DNA from: Hemiscyllium ocellatum
Lineage: Eukaryota
Reading direction: 5' to 3'
NCBI RefSeq assembly: GCF_020745735.1
Contig: NC_083435.1
Location: forward strand, 34,161,231 to 34,225,230
DNA: 64,000 bases
Shown: positions 1 to 12,239 of the stretch, piece by piece
How positions within the stretch are numbered: the stretch's first letter is position 1
How the letters are laid out: each line of letters begins with the position of its first letter
Notes under the pieces: generated by a model
Database searches by the model: none
The model's input: the letters and a program-made list of their open reading frames with translations, nothing else
Told to the model about the DNA's origin: nothing
Program-made: the position numbers and the translations under genes

Positions 1-2780
1 TAGCAATTGCCCTCTTTCGTGCACCTGTGCACCCAGATAGTCAATTCTGTTTCCCTTTTTCATTCAAAGGAAAATCATATACGTTCACGCGACTTTATCA
101 AGGTTACTGGGAGTCCCCCACCATATGTCATGAGGCTTTACGCAGAAGCGTGGCGTCTTCTGTTCTAACCCCGGGGTCAGCGCTTCTGTTGTATGTACAT
201 AATTTATTTGATGGCGGCACCAACAAAGGAACAATGTGAGAATGATACCCTTGCATTGCTCTGCCATCTAGCAAGGGAAGGGCACAAAGCTAGTCTCGCA
301 TAGCTACAATTTGTGCAACAACGGGTGAAGTTCTTAGGTCACTTAATATCTGAGCAAGGGAAGGCCACTGGTCAAGACAGAGTTCAAACAATCCAGCAAA
401 TTCCAAACCCTCACACAAAAAAAAATCACTATATTTTTTGGGCATGTGCTGCGACTGCAGAATGTTTATCCCACCTTACAGGTTTATCCTTGAACCTCCC
501 CTAAGTGACATAGCCCATGGCAAAGTTTTGCCGAACCGCAGTCTGTTGCAGTGGACTACAGGGGCCGAAAGTGCCTTTGTTGAACTAAAAAAGGCTCTTC
601 AAACTACAACTTCACTGGGGGTTCCAAATCCAAACAAGCCTTTTGTACAAATGGTAGATGAGAAGCGTGGCTGCACGACATCTGTATTATTGCAGGATCA
701 TGGGGGAAGATTGAGGCCAGTCGCATATTTTTCAGCTAAACTAGACCCCGTAGCGGCAGGATTGCCTAAATGTCTGTGAGCAGTGGCCGCGGCTGCAAAG
801 GCTGTTGTAGTATCCAGAGTTATAGCCGGCTATGGTGAATTAACCCTTCTGGTCCCACATGCAGTATCCTTACTGTTTTCCGAGAAAAGGACAGCACACA
901 TGTCAACAGCATGTTGGCTCAGATATAATACTGTGCTCTTGGGGATGTATAACTTTACAATAAAACGATGTAACGTCCTAAATCCTGCTAGCTTGCTCCC
1001 CAAAGAAGGAGACAGGGACCCACATGTTTGTGTCCCAGCAACGAATGAAATTTGCAGCCCTCGACAAGATTTACAGCATTCACCACTTCAGAATCCAGAT
1101 ATGGAGTTTTTTGTGGATGGGTCAGCATTCAGGAGCAAGGAAACGGGCTAGAATTGCTTTGGGTATGCTGCAGTGACTACCTACGACACAGTCAAAGTGG
1201 GATCACTCCCTTCTCATCTGTCAGGGCAAGCAGCGGAGCTGATTTCCTTAACGTAGACATGCAAATTAGGTGTGGGAAAGACACTGATTAGTTACACCAG
1301 TAGCAGATATTAATTGGGGTTAGACAGGAATTTGTAAACCTGTGGAAACACAAGGGCTTCTTTACCGACACTTGAAAGCCCATTACACACCGTGGCCTGA
1401 TTTCTGACCTCCTGGAAGCCGTTCTATTGCCCAAGTCAATCGTTGTGTGTAAATGAGAAGCCCACACAAAAAATAATGATTTTATTTCCCAAGGCAATGC
1501 AAAGGCAGACTCAGCAGCAAGAACGGCAGTCCAGCATCCGCCAAGTGAGAAGATTAACATGTGTATGACAATTGTTGTACCCCAGCAGCAGACATACGAG
1601 AGTTACAGTCACAGGCCAAACCAGAAGAAAAGCGTGAGTGGACAAAAGCAGGATGCAGTGCGAGGGAGGGAGTATGGTGTGTTTCGAATGGTAAACCCTC
1701 TCTACAACGATCATTATTTCCATTCTATGGCAAACTGACACACGGTAAGGACGATGTGTCAGAAGTTTTGCGGGGTGGGGAGTGTACAACATTCTTTCAG
1801 CACACTGGTACACTAAGGGATTTACTGATTATTCCCAGACATATTGTCGGTGTTGTGTAATTTGTGACACTAATAATGTGGGGAGGGGAATACACTTGAA
1901 TCAGGCAGCACACCCCCAACCCCAAACACCCTTTGAACATTTACAGATAGATTTCATTGAACTAACGCCCAACGAAGGGAAGAGGTATTGTCTGGCAACA
2001 TTTGATATATTTTCCAAATGGTTGGAAGTGTTTCGTCTACACAGGATGCCAATGCAGTAGCCAAACCTTTGCTTACTGAAATAATTCCGAGATGGGGCAT
2101 CCCTGACAGGCTTAGTAGTGACAATGGGGCACTATTTGCCAATACTGCTTTACAACCGATCAATGATTATTTGGGAATACATATGAGAAAACACTATGCG
2201 TACCACCCAGCGAGCGATGTGGCAGTGGAAAGAAAAAATGCTCCCCTAAAAAAAATCACAAAAAGTTGTGAGGAACGAGGGGTGACATGGACAAAGTTTC
2301 TTCTAATCGTGCTAATGTTTATCAGATCTAGGATGAGAGGCAGAGCTAACCATACCCCATTAGAGATTTTGTTTCGTAGACCACCCAACACAAGAATTGG
2401 CCCAAGACCTAAGGTAAGACAGCTAACAAGCCACTGTGAGGATGAGATGTTATGTTACTGTATAAGACTCTATACATTTTTATCTCAAATACAGAATCAA
2501 GTGAAAACAGCACTACCCCAGCCAGCAAGACGGAAAATGCATGATCTAGAACCTGGAGACTGGATAGTGGTGAAAAAATTCAGGAGGAATACCTGGAAGG
2601 TGAAGAGATGGCTTGGACCGTTGTAAGTGCTCCTTGAAATACAGACAACTGTTAAAATCGCAGAAAGAGCCACGTAGATACACACCAGTCATTGCAAGCG
2701 TGTAGCTGGGCCTGAGGAGACATCAGACAGTATATGTCTGCTCAGTACTCCTTGCATTGAGGCATCTGGATTAGTGTAAT
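1..2780 (+). mobile_element. pol: Endogenous retrovirus pol remnant (RT - connection - RNase H - integrase), epsilon/gamma-like (ERV1 group), with multiple stops and frameshifts
   Basis: Consecutive ORF fragments: RT 'TFTRLYQGYWESPT...LLYVHNLF' (YVDD motif decayed, 192-209); connection 'RPVAYFSAKLDPVAAGLPKCL'; RNase H 'FFVDGSAFR...SGQAAELISL'; integrase 'PFEHLQIDFIEL', 'WGIPDRLSSDNG', 'YHPAS..AVERKN' with exact D-35-E spacing; C-terminal 'LEPGDWIVVK...RWLGP'. Runs off the left edge. Confidence 0.93.
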
Positions 2781-2864
2781 GAGTCAATCCTGCTGGATTA
2801 AGAATAAACCTCATTTATTTGCTCTTGCTAATGATTGAGTCAAGTCGATATAATTCCCACGACA
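2781..2864 (+). mobile_element. Probable truncated 3' LTR (R/U5 end) of the ERV
   Basis: AATAAA at 2803-2808, then a T-rich stretch ending in ...ttcccacgaCA (2864), a typical LTR 3' terminus. It follows the end of integrase directly. No PPT, U3 or env seen. Confidence 0.5.
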
Positions 2865-3088
2865 CAAGTGCTCAATATTGCTTTACGTATGTTTGGATCG
2901 TCATTACATACAGCCAGTGGCTGACAGTCTCTCCACCCTGAAATAGCTCAGCTTTACCATAGGAAAATTCACATGAATGGCACATTTCACTAATTGGACT
3001 CAGTCTACCAAAATTCAGTATAGAAAGACTGCCTTTTGCACATTTTTTTGCATAGGAAAATGCAGAGACGAATTGTACAGCTCCAAAG

Positions 3089-3094
3089 TTTATT
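3089..3094 (-). terminator. Candidate polyadenylation signal of the MHC II beta gene
   Basis: AATAAA on the minus strand about 330 bp downstream of the candidate last coding exon. Confidence 0.35.
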
Positions 3095-3418
3095 AGTTAG
3101 CAGTTGAATCTTTTCATTGAGTGTTGAGTAACAGTAAAAGACAAACAACAGCAAACCCGAGTACAAATTGTCTTTATCAAACTGATTGCAGCTATAATAC
3201 CAAAGCTGAAGTCCATGTAATGGATCTTAAAAATCAATTGTTCCATTAAAATTGCTGATACAATATACATTATTTTTAAAGTAAATAATGGAGATTTCAG
3301 AACATTCACAGCAAAGCGATGTGAACAGAAAGTGAAGTTAAAAACATAGAACCTCTCTCCACCCAAGCACTGATCCCAGTATCTCAGGATGAGGATGGGA
3401 TGCAGAGAGAGGAGTTAG

Positions 3419-3432
3419 TCACACTGTGTCAG
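3419..3432 (-). pseudogene. Candidate terminal coding exon of MHC II beta (P-D-T-V-stop)
   Basis: Acceptor ...tttaatgtacag|CTGACACAGTGTGA is in phase with exon 5 and followed by a UTR-like stretch and AATAAA. Only four codons, so support is weak. Confidence 0.3.
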
Positions 3433-3779
3433 CTGTACATTAAACATCTGTTTTTACAGGTCATTTCAACATGATTAAAAAATTACAGTGTGCAAGTCTC
3501 AAACATTTCATGAGATTACCCTCAAACAAAAGTCAATGAGAAGCAATCTATATGATGATCTGTGGCCATATTGGAAATTTTGAAGCATTTTGGAGCTGTT
3601 TAATCCACGACATCACTTCATTCTTTCTGGTCACGTCCACATTTTACTTACAGCTATATTCCGACCTGGAATAGAGAGTTTAAGTTAGAAAGCAGAGAAC
3701 CCACTTTCATGTACAGAGTGCATAGAAATTACTGAAGTGCCCAGGCAAACTGCAAATCTGACAGATAGCAATGCCAAGG

Positions 3780-3955
3780 TTAATCTGTGGAACTCATTGC
3801 TACAGGTGGCTATGGAAACAGCGCAAGATAAGTTCTTGACTGGTAAGGGTACAGGGAGAAGGCAGGAGGATGGGGTTGGGAAACATATCAGCCATAGTTA
3901 AATGGTGGATCAGATATGATGGGATGAATACCCTGATTTTGCTCCCATGGTCTCT
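3780..3955 (+). mobile_element. CR1 LINE 3' end fragment
   Basis: 'aatctgtggaactcattgc...ggagaaggcaggag...atcagccat' CR1 3'-terminal sequence. Confidence 0.65.
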
Positions 3956-4790
3956 GGAGTTTTGCATTACACTGACAGTAGATATTTACAGTTGTGTTAT
4001 GATGGTAGATTACAATTCCAGAGATTTCCAAAAGTCACAGCACTCACTGACTCAGAAACATCACAATTCTTTCATTGTTGCTGGTGAAATACCTAAAGTC
4101 CCTCCTTAATAACATGGTATTACTACACCAAAGGAACAGCATCAATTCAAGACAGCAGCATCCCTCCACCATCTTCTCCAGGGTATATAGTAAGCAGTCT
4201 GCAAAAATCAATATCTCTGAATAAACTAAAAATACAAGATTGGCAATAACAATGCAATCATAAGTCACGTGTGGTAGAAGGAAAAACTAGACTAAGATCT
4301 TATAACAGGACCAGTGCTACTCATACAGCTAACAGACCTGTCTGAGACAGGATAGGGTCCAGGGTGCTTCAGGTTTGACAAAGAATCCCTACAGCGTCCA
4401 GAGATTACCTGTTTCATTGGTCTGTCATGACAGACAGGAGGGGTGATTTGAGTACTGTTTCACCTCGAGGACGTGTTCAAGTTACACTGCAACCAGCAAA
4501 ATCGGATGTGAAGCGGCTTTGAGGCAGCTTCAACACAATTCCTGGAAGAGATTTTACAATCTAACCCAAGATGTACCTGTCTGAGGTTAGGCAGGAATGC
4601 AGTATTGTGTCCATCAGATAGCTACAACCTTATTAAATTGCAAAGTAGGTTTAAGGGGTTAATAGTCTAGGTCGGCTCTTTACAGCACTCACAGCGAGAA
4701 TTACACAGGAATGCTGCTACTGGTCAGAACTGGAACCTGGTTTGAAAGTATTCCTCCTTTCACCACATCCAAAATATCTGGTATACTTAC

Positions 4791-4820
4791 GTGGACCGTG
4801 GTAGCTGGAGTCCAGGATAG
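4791..4820 (-). pseudogene. MHC II beta cytoplasmic micro-exon, 30 nt ((A)ILDSSYHGP)
   Basis: Strong acceptor (T)10cctcttacag and donor gtaagt. Phase 1-1, in frame with the TM exon. Confidence 0.75.
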
Positions 4821-4864
4821 CTGTAAGAGGAAAAAAAAACTGAGGCTCGTTTGTCTCCAGTGAG

Positions 4865-5045
4865 GATGACTATGGGTTCAAGTCTCATTTGAGGAATTAA
4901 ACGTCACAGGGTTATACGCTATTGCGATATTTCAGACAGCTGCACTGTTAGAGGTGCTGCTTTTTGGCTGAGATAATAAATTCAGTTCGCCTCTGCCTTA
5001 GAAGTGAAAGATTCATTTGGCACAAATTAAAAGCTGAAGTTTTGA
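4865..5045 (+). mobile_element. Deu-domain SINE remnant (SacSINE/AmnSINE-like)
   Basis: 'gggttcaagtc' B-box-like motif followed by 'gctgcactgttagaggtgctgctttttggctgaga', resembling the Deu core. Confidence 0.5.
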
Positions 5046-5557
5046 TCATTTTTTTACCATTCAAACGATGACAGATTACTTTATTTTTTTTTAATTTGGA
5101 AGTCAATGATGTAACCATATACACACATCAGATTACCTTTGTGTACTGAAGTTGTTTTGAACCTCATATGAGTGTAGACTGTCATAATGACTGTGGTAGC
5201 ATGCAGTTTGTTCAGCAAACGGCCAAACACCTCCACTAAACCCCGTGGCAATTAGAAATGACAGACAGCTAAAGAATGCATCTGACTGCCTTCAGTCATA
5301 CCTCAGCACACAGGCACCTTTAGAGTGACAGTCAGGGCTGATGTTGAGTTTGGCACCACAGGAGTTGACAGATCTTTAGATAGAGCAATGCTCGACCAAG
5401 TCCAAGTGAAGGGAAGAAAAGGAACCCTAACCAATGCCACCTTAGGTAACCAGCAATGTTTAATCTTGTACGAAGCTCAGTTTAAAAGAACCAATACAGA
5501 CAAGAAACAAAATTAACATTTTTTTATAAAATATCTTGCAACAACTGTAACAAACAC

Positions 5558-5955
5558 CTCATTGGAGAAACGGCAGAAAACTAGCTACCAGGATAAATAA
5601 ACGTCAACTTGCCACCAAAAGACATGATCCATAACGGGGACAACACATCCATCCTAGGACAGGCCAAACAGACATGCTCAAGAATTCCTCGAAGCATGGC
5701 ATTCCAGCTGCAACTCTATAAACACACACATTGACTTGGGCCCCATTTACCACCCTCAAAAAAGAGCAAGAAGTCGCACTACCGACACAGAAAATGATTC
5801 ACCACATGAAATTAAATCACCCATCCAACCAAATCGAAACAATTGGAAAGCGGGACATAAAACCAGCGCTTCACCAGAGGCTTACGGATGTTACCTCGCA
5901 TGGTGACAAAACGTCTGAAAACAAACACTTCAGCTCAGCGAGCAAAGTTACTTGC
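5558..5955 (+). mobile_element. Penelope-like element 3' fragment (GIY-YIG C-terminus and terminal repeat)
   Basis: 'SILGQAKQ...EFLEAWHS..NSINTHIDL' remnant, with a terminus similar to the elements at 25-27 kb and 44-45 kb. Confidence 0.75.
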
Positions 5956-6693
5956 AGACAACAAGATTAAGTTGAAAGCAGCTCTAAGCCAGGATGCTAG
6001 GCAGTCTCAACATCAACATAGCTGCTCAGTGAAGCAGAGTGTGGTGTCGTAACTCTGACGTCGTGCAGGAGACAGTATTAAATTGACAAGTTCAAGGACC
6101 AGCCAGAGTCACAACATTTTATCATTCAATTTGAATGGGCTCAAACAGAACACTTCCTAAAAAAAAACAGTGATTACCTTAGCTCTTTGTATTATCTTCA
6201 CAGTAAAAAGACTTCTGGGATTTATTTATTAAAGAATGTAAAACAGCATGTCCCATTCTAAAAGACTTCCCCTAAATTAGTTTAATATATCATTACAACT
6301 CCATGACTGTAGACTTTTCCTATAAATTCTGTAGCATATGAAGAAGCATCATTTCGAAAGCCAGTGCTTTGCAAAAAAAAACCTGTCGGACCTTAAACAG
6401 ATGTTGTGAGATTTTAAAACTTTGTCCACCCCAGTCCAAAGTCATGATAATCAGCATGAAACAATGCCTATAATCCAATGGGATCAAATGTGAAACGAGA
6501 GTACCCCAGTAGGGATTGACACTTGAATGCCAGACAGTAAAACTGTGTATTCCTAACATGGCATTGGCCCAGCAAATTCCAGTAGCCAGCTCCCTTCTCT
6601 ATTTTCCTAGTCCTGTTCTATTTGGAGGATTGTCTTATTTTCGTTTCTCCCACCATCCCAACCCCACTCCCCCACCCCACCCTAGAGGCTCAC

Positions 6694-6810
6694 CTTTAAC
6701 ATACATCAGCCACATTATCACTCCAGCAAGCAAGATGATCAGCCGAATCACAAAGAACAGGGCTCCGACAACAGTCTTGGGTTATGTCGATTCAGGAATA
6801 CTCTGGACTT
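6694..6810 (-). pseudogene. MHC II beta connecting peptide/TM exon, 117 nt (VQSIPEST*PKTVVGALFFVIRLIILLAGVIMWLMYVK)
   Basis: AG/GT-bounded. Class II TM glycine heptad G-x6-(G>R)-x6-G. In-frame TAA at 6784-6782. Confidence 0.88.
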
Positions 6811-6914
6811 CTGTTCAAATCAACACAGATAGTGTCATAAGCTTCACATTGACAATCACGTCAGGTAGTACCTTTTGGTTTAGGTCCGATGTTGTGAGGA
6901 AATATAAACATGAC

Positions 6915-7115
6915 GTAGGACGATCGAAGGCAATTTGGCCCTTCAAGCCTGGCTTACCAGTTACTAAGATCCGAATTGATCTGATTGCAGCTGAACTTCA
7001 CTTTCCCTACCCTGTTCCCACAATGTCAATACCCTGTTTGATCAAAAAGGTAACTTACGAAAATTCAAGAACAGCTGCCACTGCTTTGTGGATTGAATTC
7101 CACAAGCTACCCATA
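6915..7115 (-). mobile_element. CR1 LINE 3' end fragment
   Basis: Reverse-complement CR1 tail ('ggcccttcaagcctg...gaattccaca'). Confidence 0.55.
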
Positions 7116-8111
7116 AAAGAACATTAATGGGTTAAGATCCAACGTATGCAAACATTCGTCACTGCAGAAAAAAAGAAGGACGAATAGGAAGTGCTGACTA
7201 CTGGATTTCCAGCAGCATTTCTTTATACCACTGTAGTGGTATAGAGTAATCTGGACAATGTTACACTGAATTCAAGGTAAGATTCCAGTACCTTCCATGG
7301 GCTTGAGCAGCAACTTATTAAGGGTAATTATGTCCATTAACATCGGACAGAATAGAATTGGTTGCCCTTTCCCACCAGAGCAATGTTTTACAGTTGGGAG
7401 AAAAGTGGCTTGCAAGTTGTCAACATTGAATCAGGATGCTGCTAATTTTCAATACAGCTCCATACACAAATATCCTCCACCTGATAGTTCGTTTTGGTTG
7501 TCAGGATCAGTTGGCTCCAGATTTCATTACAGCTATAGCCCAGACATGAAAGTAGCATCCTAAAAGGGAGAGAAGTGTGGTTAACATTTTCATTAAAACA
7601 GCATTTGATAAAGAATGCTATCAAGGGAACTGTAGTAAAATTTAAGTCAGTGAGCATCAATGGGAAAGTCATTTCTATCTCAAAGAAAGCTTGTTTTGTT
7701 GGAGGCCAATCATTTCCACCAGAGTAGGAATTCCTCAGGTCAGTGTCCTCAATCCAAGTATCTTCAGCTACTTCAACTGCGCAGCTCACCTTGGAGAAAT
7801 GGGACATAAATGTGCCTAGATGATTAAGAGAACACTTAAGGATTCATATTGAAACCTATTGGAGAAGTCACGTTGATACAGAAAAGGAATAACTAGCAGC
7901 TTATAATGGAGGAGAAGCGGCAGGAATTACGAAAAAGCTTCCCTGGAACTAAATGTGGGTAAAGTGGTGACTTAAGATTCAGTTGTCATTTGTATTTATT
8001 GATGATGGTTAACCTGTTAATTCAGTTACTCTCCCCCACAGTACAGAGCACTTCAACATTGTATAATCTACACAATATTGCTTCAGAATTTTTTTTAGCA
8101 GTGCTTCTTAC

Positions 8112-8394
8112 ACCAGTGCACGCTCTTGACTTCATTCAGGCTGCTGTGTTGCACACGACAGGTGCATTTCTCCCTCGGACAGTTGCTGGTACTGCAGGAT
8201 ATCCTCCACCTGATAGTTCGAGTCACCATCTGATAACAGGACAGTGTTGATGACACCACCAGGAATTGGTACTCTATTTTTCAGCCCTGTGACTTTGATC
8301 TGGGGAGGGTAAAATCCAGTGACATGACATGAGAGCAGAGCTGACTGTGCAGAATGCTGAGATGCTTTAGGTCGGAGAGTGACTGTCGGTTCAA
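8112..8394 (-). pseudogene. MHC II beta2 (Ig C1-set) exon, 283 nt (canonical 282 + 1-nt insertion)
   Basis: VEPTVTLRP...LLSCHVTGFYPPQIKVT(W>G)LKN...SDGD(W>S)NYQVEDILQY, then after a +1 shift CTCRVQHSSLNEVKSVHW|gtaag. Acceptor ttctttctgttccag. Confidence 0.95.
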
Positions 8395-9479
8395 CTGGAA
8401 CAGAAAGAAAGCTCATAACAAAAGCACAGGACAAGTTCAAATGTTTTCAGTTTGTGTTTGACTTTCCCCTCCTCATTTGTAATCCCTGAATAACATTAAT
8501 TGGATCTGTTAAATCCTGTTGAATGCCTATGTTCGGCCTAGCCTTCATTCAGGTGACTAAAATTAATATATGCTTTGGAAATTGTGAAATTGCAACATAA
8601 ACACAATACCTGAAAACAACATCCATATATCCCCGATTGATCCACAGTAAGATATAGTCTCACTCATAATAGCTCGAACTCTCCAGAAACCCTAGTGTAA
8701 CCTGCCAGTCAGACTATGTGACAGCTCAAGCAGTGCGAAGAGACAATGTTGGATATTAAATGCAGTAACTTCTAAATTAAGCTGAGCAAGTTCCAGGCAA
8801 ACAGCATAATGTACAGCATCAGCACGGAATACCTATTATTGAGTGACAAGCATCACTATTTAGAAAAGAGCAAGGTTAGATTTAACTTTAAAATTTAAGC
8901 AATTTCATTAATCAACCTGTTTGGACACTTTGGTACAAACCTTGGAGGTGGGGCTTAAACCTGGGCTTCAATGCAGTCGAAACACTAAAACGAGCAGAGC
9001 AGGAATATTTATCTTACAGTGACCACCATGTGATCAAAGTGCGATATTGTATTTAAACGAGCAAAATATGAAATTCTCAAGGTCTTAGTTTTAGGACAGG
9101 GTGGCTGCGGTTAAATAAGATTAAGTGTGCTCACTCTAATTGGGTAAAAACAGTAACTGTGTAAAATATAGAAAGTGGGAAGTGTTGATAATATTGAACC
9201 CGTTTATGCATCCAAAGTGGGGAAGCGAAATCAATTGCCTAAAGATCACAGACACTAAACTAAGAAATAAAATAAATACAAAGTAACAGAAGGGCTCTTG
9301 ACGCCCAGTGGTTGTGTACCTACACTTAAGTCCCACTTGTTCCAGAGGGGTGTCATTGCAGCAGTGAATAGGTTGATTAGAAAACATAATAGCATTTGAT
9401 GAATGGAAGTGATCAGTAGCACATGATAAAACAGAAGAGCCACAACCCAACTCCTGCACTCAAAGGAGTGAACAATGAA

Positions 9480-10215
9480 GACAAGCGTGTTAAACATCTT
9501 TTCATACTCCCTGCATACATGTGAGGCAAACTTCAAAGACATATGCACCGGCACCCCTTGGTCCCTCTACTATAGAGCTATCTCAGGCCCTACGATTCAT
9601 TGTATAAACCCTACTCCTGCATGTTGTATCAAAACGCAAATACCTCAACTTATCCAGATTGAACCCCATTGCCATTTTTCATCCCAATTGATTAAGATCC
9701 CTCTGTACTCTTCGATAATTTTCTTAGTCTGCTGTCATCAATTTTGGTGTCTGTAAATTTCCTAACCATGCCTTCTAATATTCCTTCCAAATCCATTTTA
9801 TAAGTGACAAACAAGAGTACCCAGACTGATCCCTGTTGAATACTGCTGATCACAGGCATCCAGTTTGAAAAACAACCTTCCACCATTACTGTCTCTTGGC
9901 ATTAAGCTAATTTTGTATCTCGCTGGCAAGCTCTCCCTGATTCCCATGTGACCTAACTTCAGTAATTAAGTCTTTCACAAGGTTCCGCATGGTAGACTAA
10001 AGTCCACGTCAAGCATGTTTAGCACAGGTGATGTCAGAACACTTAACCACAGTGCATGTGGTTGAGGCAGGGTTCAATGGAGGCATACTTGGGGGATTGG
10101 GCTGATTATTTGGATAGAAATGGTATAGGGATATGGAGTAAAGGCGGGAGATTTGTCGTAGGTCGTGATGATTGAAGAGCTGGTACACTTATAATGGGCC
10201 AAGTGGCCCTATGCA
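9480..10215. mobile_element. Two CR1 fragments (about 9480-9965 minus; about 10015-10215 plus)
   Basis: RT-region remnant 'VEGCFSNWMPVISSIQQGSV' on the minus strand; CR1 tail on the plus strand. Confidence 0.6.
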
Positions 10216-10553
10216 CCATAATTATTTGAGCTTGTAGAGGACTGATCGTGGAAAAGATCCCTCGAACGGAACAGTGTGGGCTGAGGATCTCTAACTCAGA
10301 CTGAGTCAGGGACCATATTTCCAATGCAATGCAGTGTTGCCCAGTCTCGGGGATGGTGGTGATATAGACCCTGGGAAAAGCTCGCCTCTCAGACACACAC
10401 GGGGGCAGGGGGCACTGCTGGCATCTCACTGTGCTTCGGGGGAGGCAGGGAAGTGCTTAGACTTTCCTGTGCTCCCCCACCAATCCAGGGGGACGAGGGG
10501 CAGTGCAGGCATCTCCCTTTGCCACACCGCCTCACGCCTGGAGCCGCTCTCAA

Positions 10554-10814
10554 CTTTCCAGGGCAGCACCTCACTCTCCCGGATACCAATAGGGGACGGA
10601 CATGTCGCGAGAACTTCTTGGTATATGGCTTCCCCTCTCTCTGTCATGAATCTCTCCGCATAAGACTTCATCCACTCTTTCACCAAAATGAACCTCTTCT
10701 GGTTAAAGTCGAAATACATGTTCAGCTGTTGGTGGTAGATGAACTGGTCGAAGTAGATCCATTTCCCGGAGCTGTTAAACTCACAGCCGGGAGCTATGCT
10801 CAAGGCACGAGTCT
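10554..10814 (-). pseudogene. MHC II beta1 (peptide-binding) exon, 261 nt, open frame, 5' splice site mutated
   Basis: (E)TRALSIAPGCEFNSSGKWIYFDQFIYHQQLNMYFDFNQKRFILVKEWMKSYAERFMTERGEAIYQEVLATCPSPIGIRESEVLPWK. Cys pair and N-glycan site NSS retained. Branch point cactaac plus acceptor intact. Donor reads G|TTGAG instead of G|GTGAG. Confidence 0.9.
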
Positions 10815-11406
10815 CTGAGAGGCACAAAGATTTTAATGGAGTTAGTGCGGGTGCGAGCCTGCTGGTCATTTGTATTTAATATCTGTACCATTCACAGTAA
10901 TCACAATGTAAGGTATGAAAACAAGCTGGAGGGGAAGACAGCAGCACATTTCAGTAGCCCCCGAATGCCCACTGGGGTGAGGTACATTGGGAAATTACTA
11001 TAATCTTTGAAATATCAACTGAAGAAAATAAATTCAGTCACAGTTGCATCTCCCTGGCAGACGGAACATGAACCCAGGCCTTCTTGTTACAGATAAAGAC
11101 ATGACCACTCGGTGCAAGACACACACACACACCCCATAGCCCAAGAGGCAGGGATACTTCCACTGCAGTACAAGATCCCCATGATTTGAGATTGTTTATG
11201 ATCAATCATCACAGTCCATGGACACATCGGCAGGAGTTCCTCAGTCTAGAAATTCTCAAATTCACCTGTTCAAATATTTTATTACTACCTCGAGAGAAGA
11301 TGTGGCTTAAATCTACACGACCTGGCTCAGGTGGGGACTTTGCCACTCTACCATAACAGCCCTCCTAATTTGTTTTCAACTTAATTTTTTGAATAAAGGC
11401 AACAGT

Positions 11407-11701
11407 GGGCGGCACGGTGGCACAGTGCTTAGCACTGCTCCCTCACAGCGCCAGGGACCTGGGTTCAATTCTCGCCTCAGGCATCTGTCTGTGTGGAGTT
11501 TGCATATTCTCCCAGTGTCTGTGTGGGTTTCCTTTGGGTGCACCAGTTTCCTCCGACAGTCAAACATGTGCAAGTTCAGTGAATTGGCCAAGATAAGTTG
11601 CCCGATGTGTTAGGTGAAGGTGGGTGGGTTGGTCTTCGGAGGGTCGGTGTGGACTTGTTGGGCCCAAGGGCCTATTTCCACACTGTAAGTAATCTAATCT
11701 A
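11407..11701 (+). mobile_element. Shark tRNA-derived SINE (HE1/V-SINE type), full length
   Basis: 'gggcggcacggtggcacagtgcttagcactgct...gggttcaatt' A/B boxes, V-core 'tgtgtggagtttgca', CR1-like tail and (aatct)n end. Confidence 0.9.
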
Positions 11702-12017
11702 AATAGGGCGAAACAATCGTTCCATGAAAACTCGGGGAACTAAGTCACATGCACAACAGATTAATGTCAAACTTTTGATTCATTATTGCCAAACAAACCT
11801 CTGAGTATGTCTCATATCAACAAAAAGCATATATTTTACTCAATGTCAACATTTAAAAAAAAAATTAGTACTTATCATAAAGCTTTACTTTCCTTAGATG
11901 GGGACATACATCAAACAGTTGAATATTGAGGAAGCATAGACCTTCCATCAAACACTTTAGATGTTCCAGACTTCGTTCAAAAACTCAAAAACACTGCTCA
12001 ATATTTGTTGATGCCAG

Positions 12018-12148
12018 GCAAAAGTGAGCACTGCAGATGCTGGAAACCAGAGTTTAGATCCGAGTGGTGCTGAAAAAGCACAGCAAGTCAGGCAGCATCC
12101 GAGTGGCAGGAAAATCGACGTTTCAGACAAAAGCCTTTAATCGGGAAT
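12018..12148 (+). repeat. Short interspersed elasmobranch repeat (further copies at 49265-49390 minus and 62935-63060 plus)
   Basis: 'gagcactgcagatgctggaaaccagag...gtggtgctgaaaaagcacagcaagtcaggcagcatc', seen three times in the window. Confidence 0.7.
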
Positions 12149-12239
12149 AGGGTTGATGCCAGTTGTTTGTAATGCTTCTCCATTCTAATTAATGACAACA
12201 CATCTTTTGTTTATTGACTTGTCTGATTGCTATATACTC

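Noticed and set aside
6516-7127. 203-aa plus-strand ORF
   Set aside because: It is the antisense of the TM exon, intron and a CR1 tail, starts at TTG, and has no domain signature.
8132-8440. Immunoglobulin or TCR constant exon
   Set aside because: It is a C1-set domain, but its 282(+1)-nt length, VEPTV start and flanking beta1 and TM exons identify it as MHC II beta2.
11407-11480. tRNA genes at the SINE heads (also 41060 and 47640)
   Set aside because: A/B boxes are present but continue into the SINE body and tail, with no complete cloverleaf.
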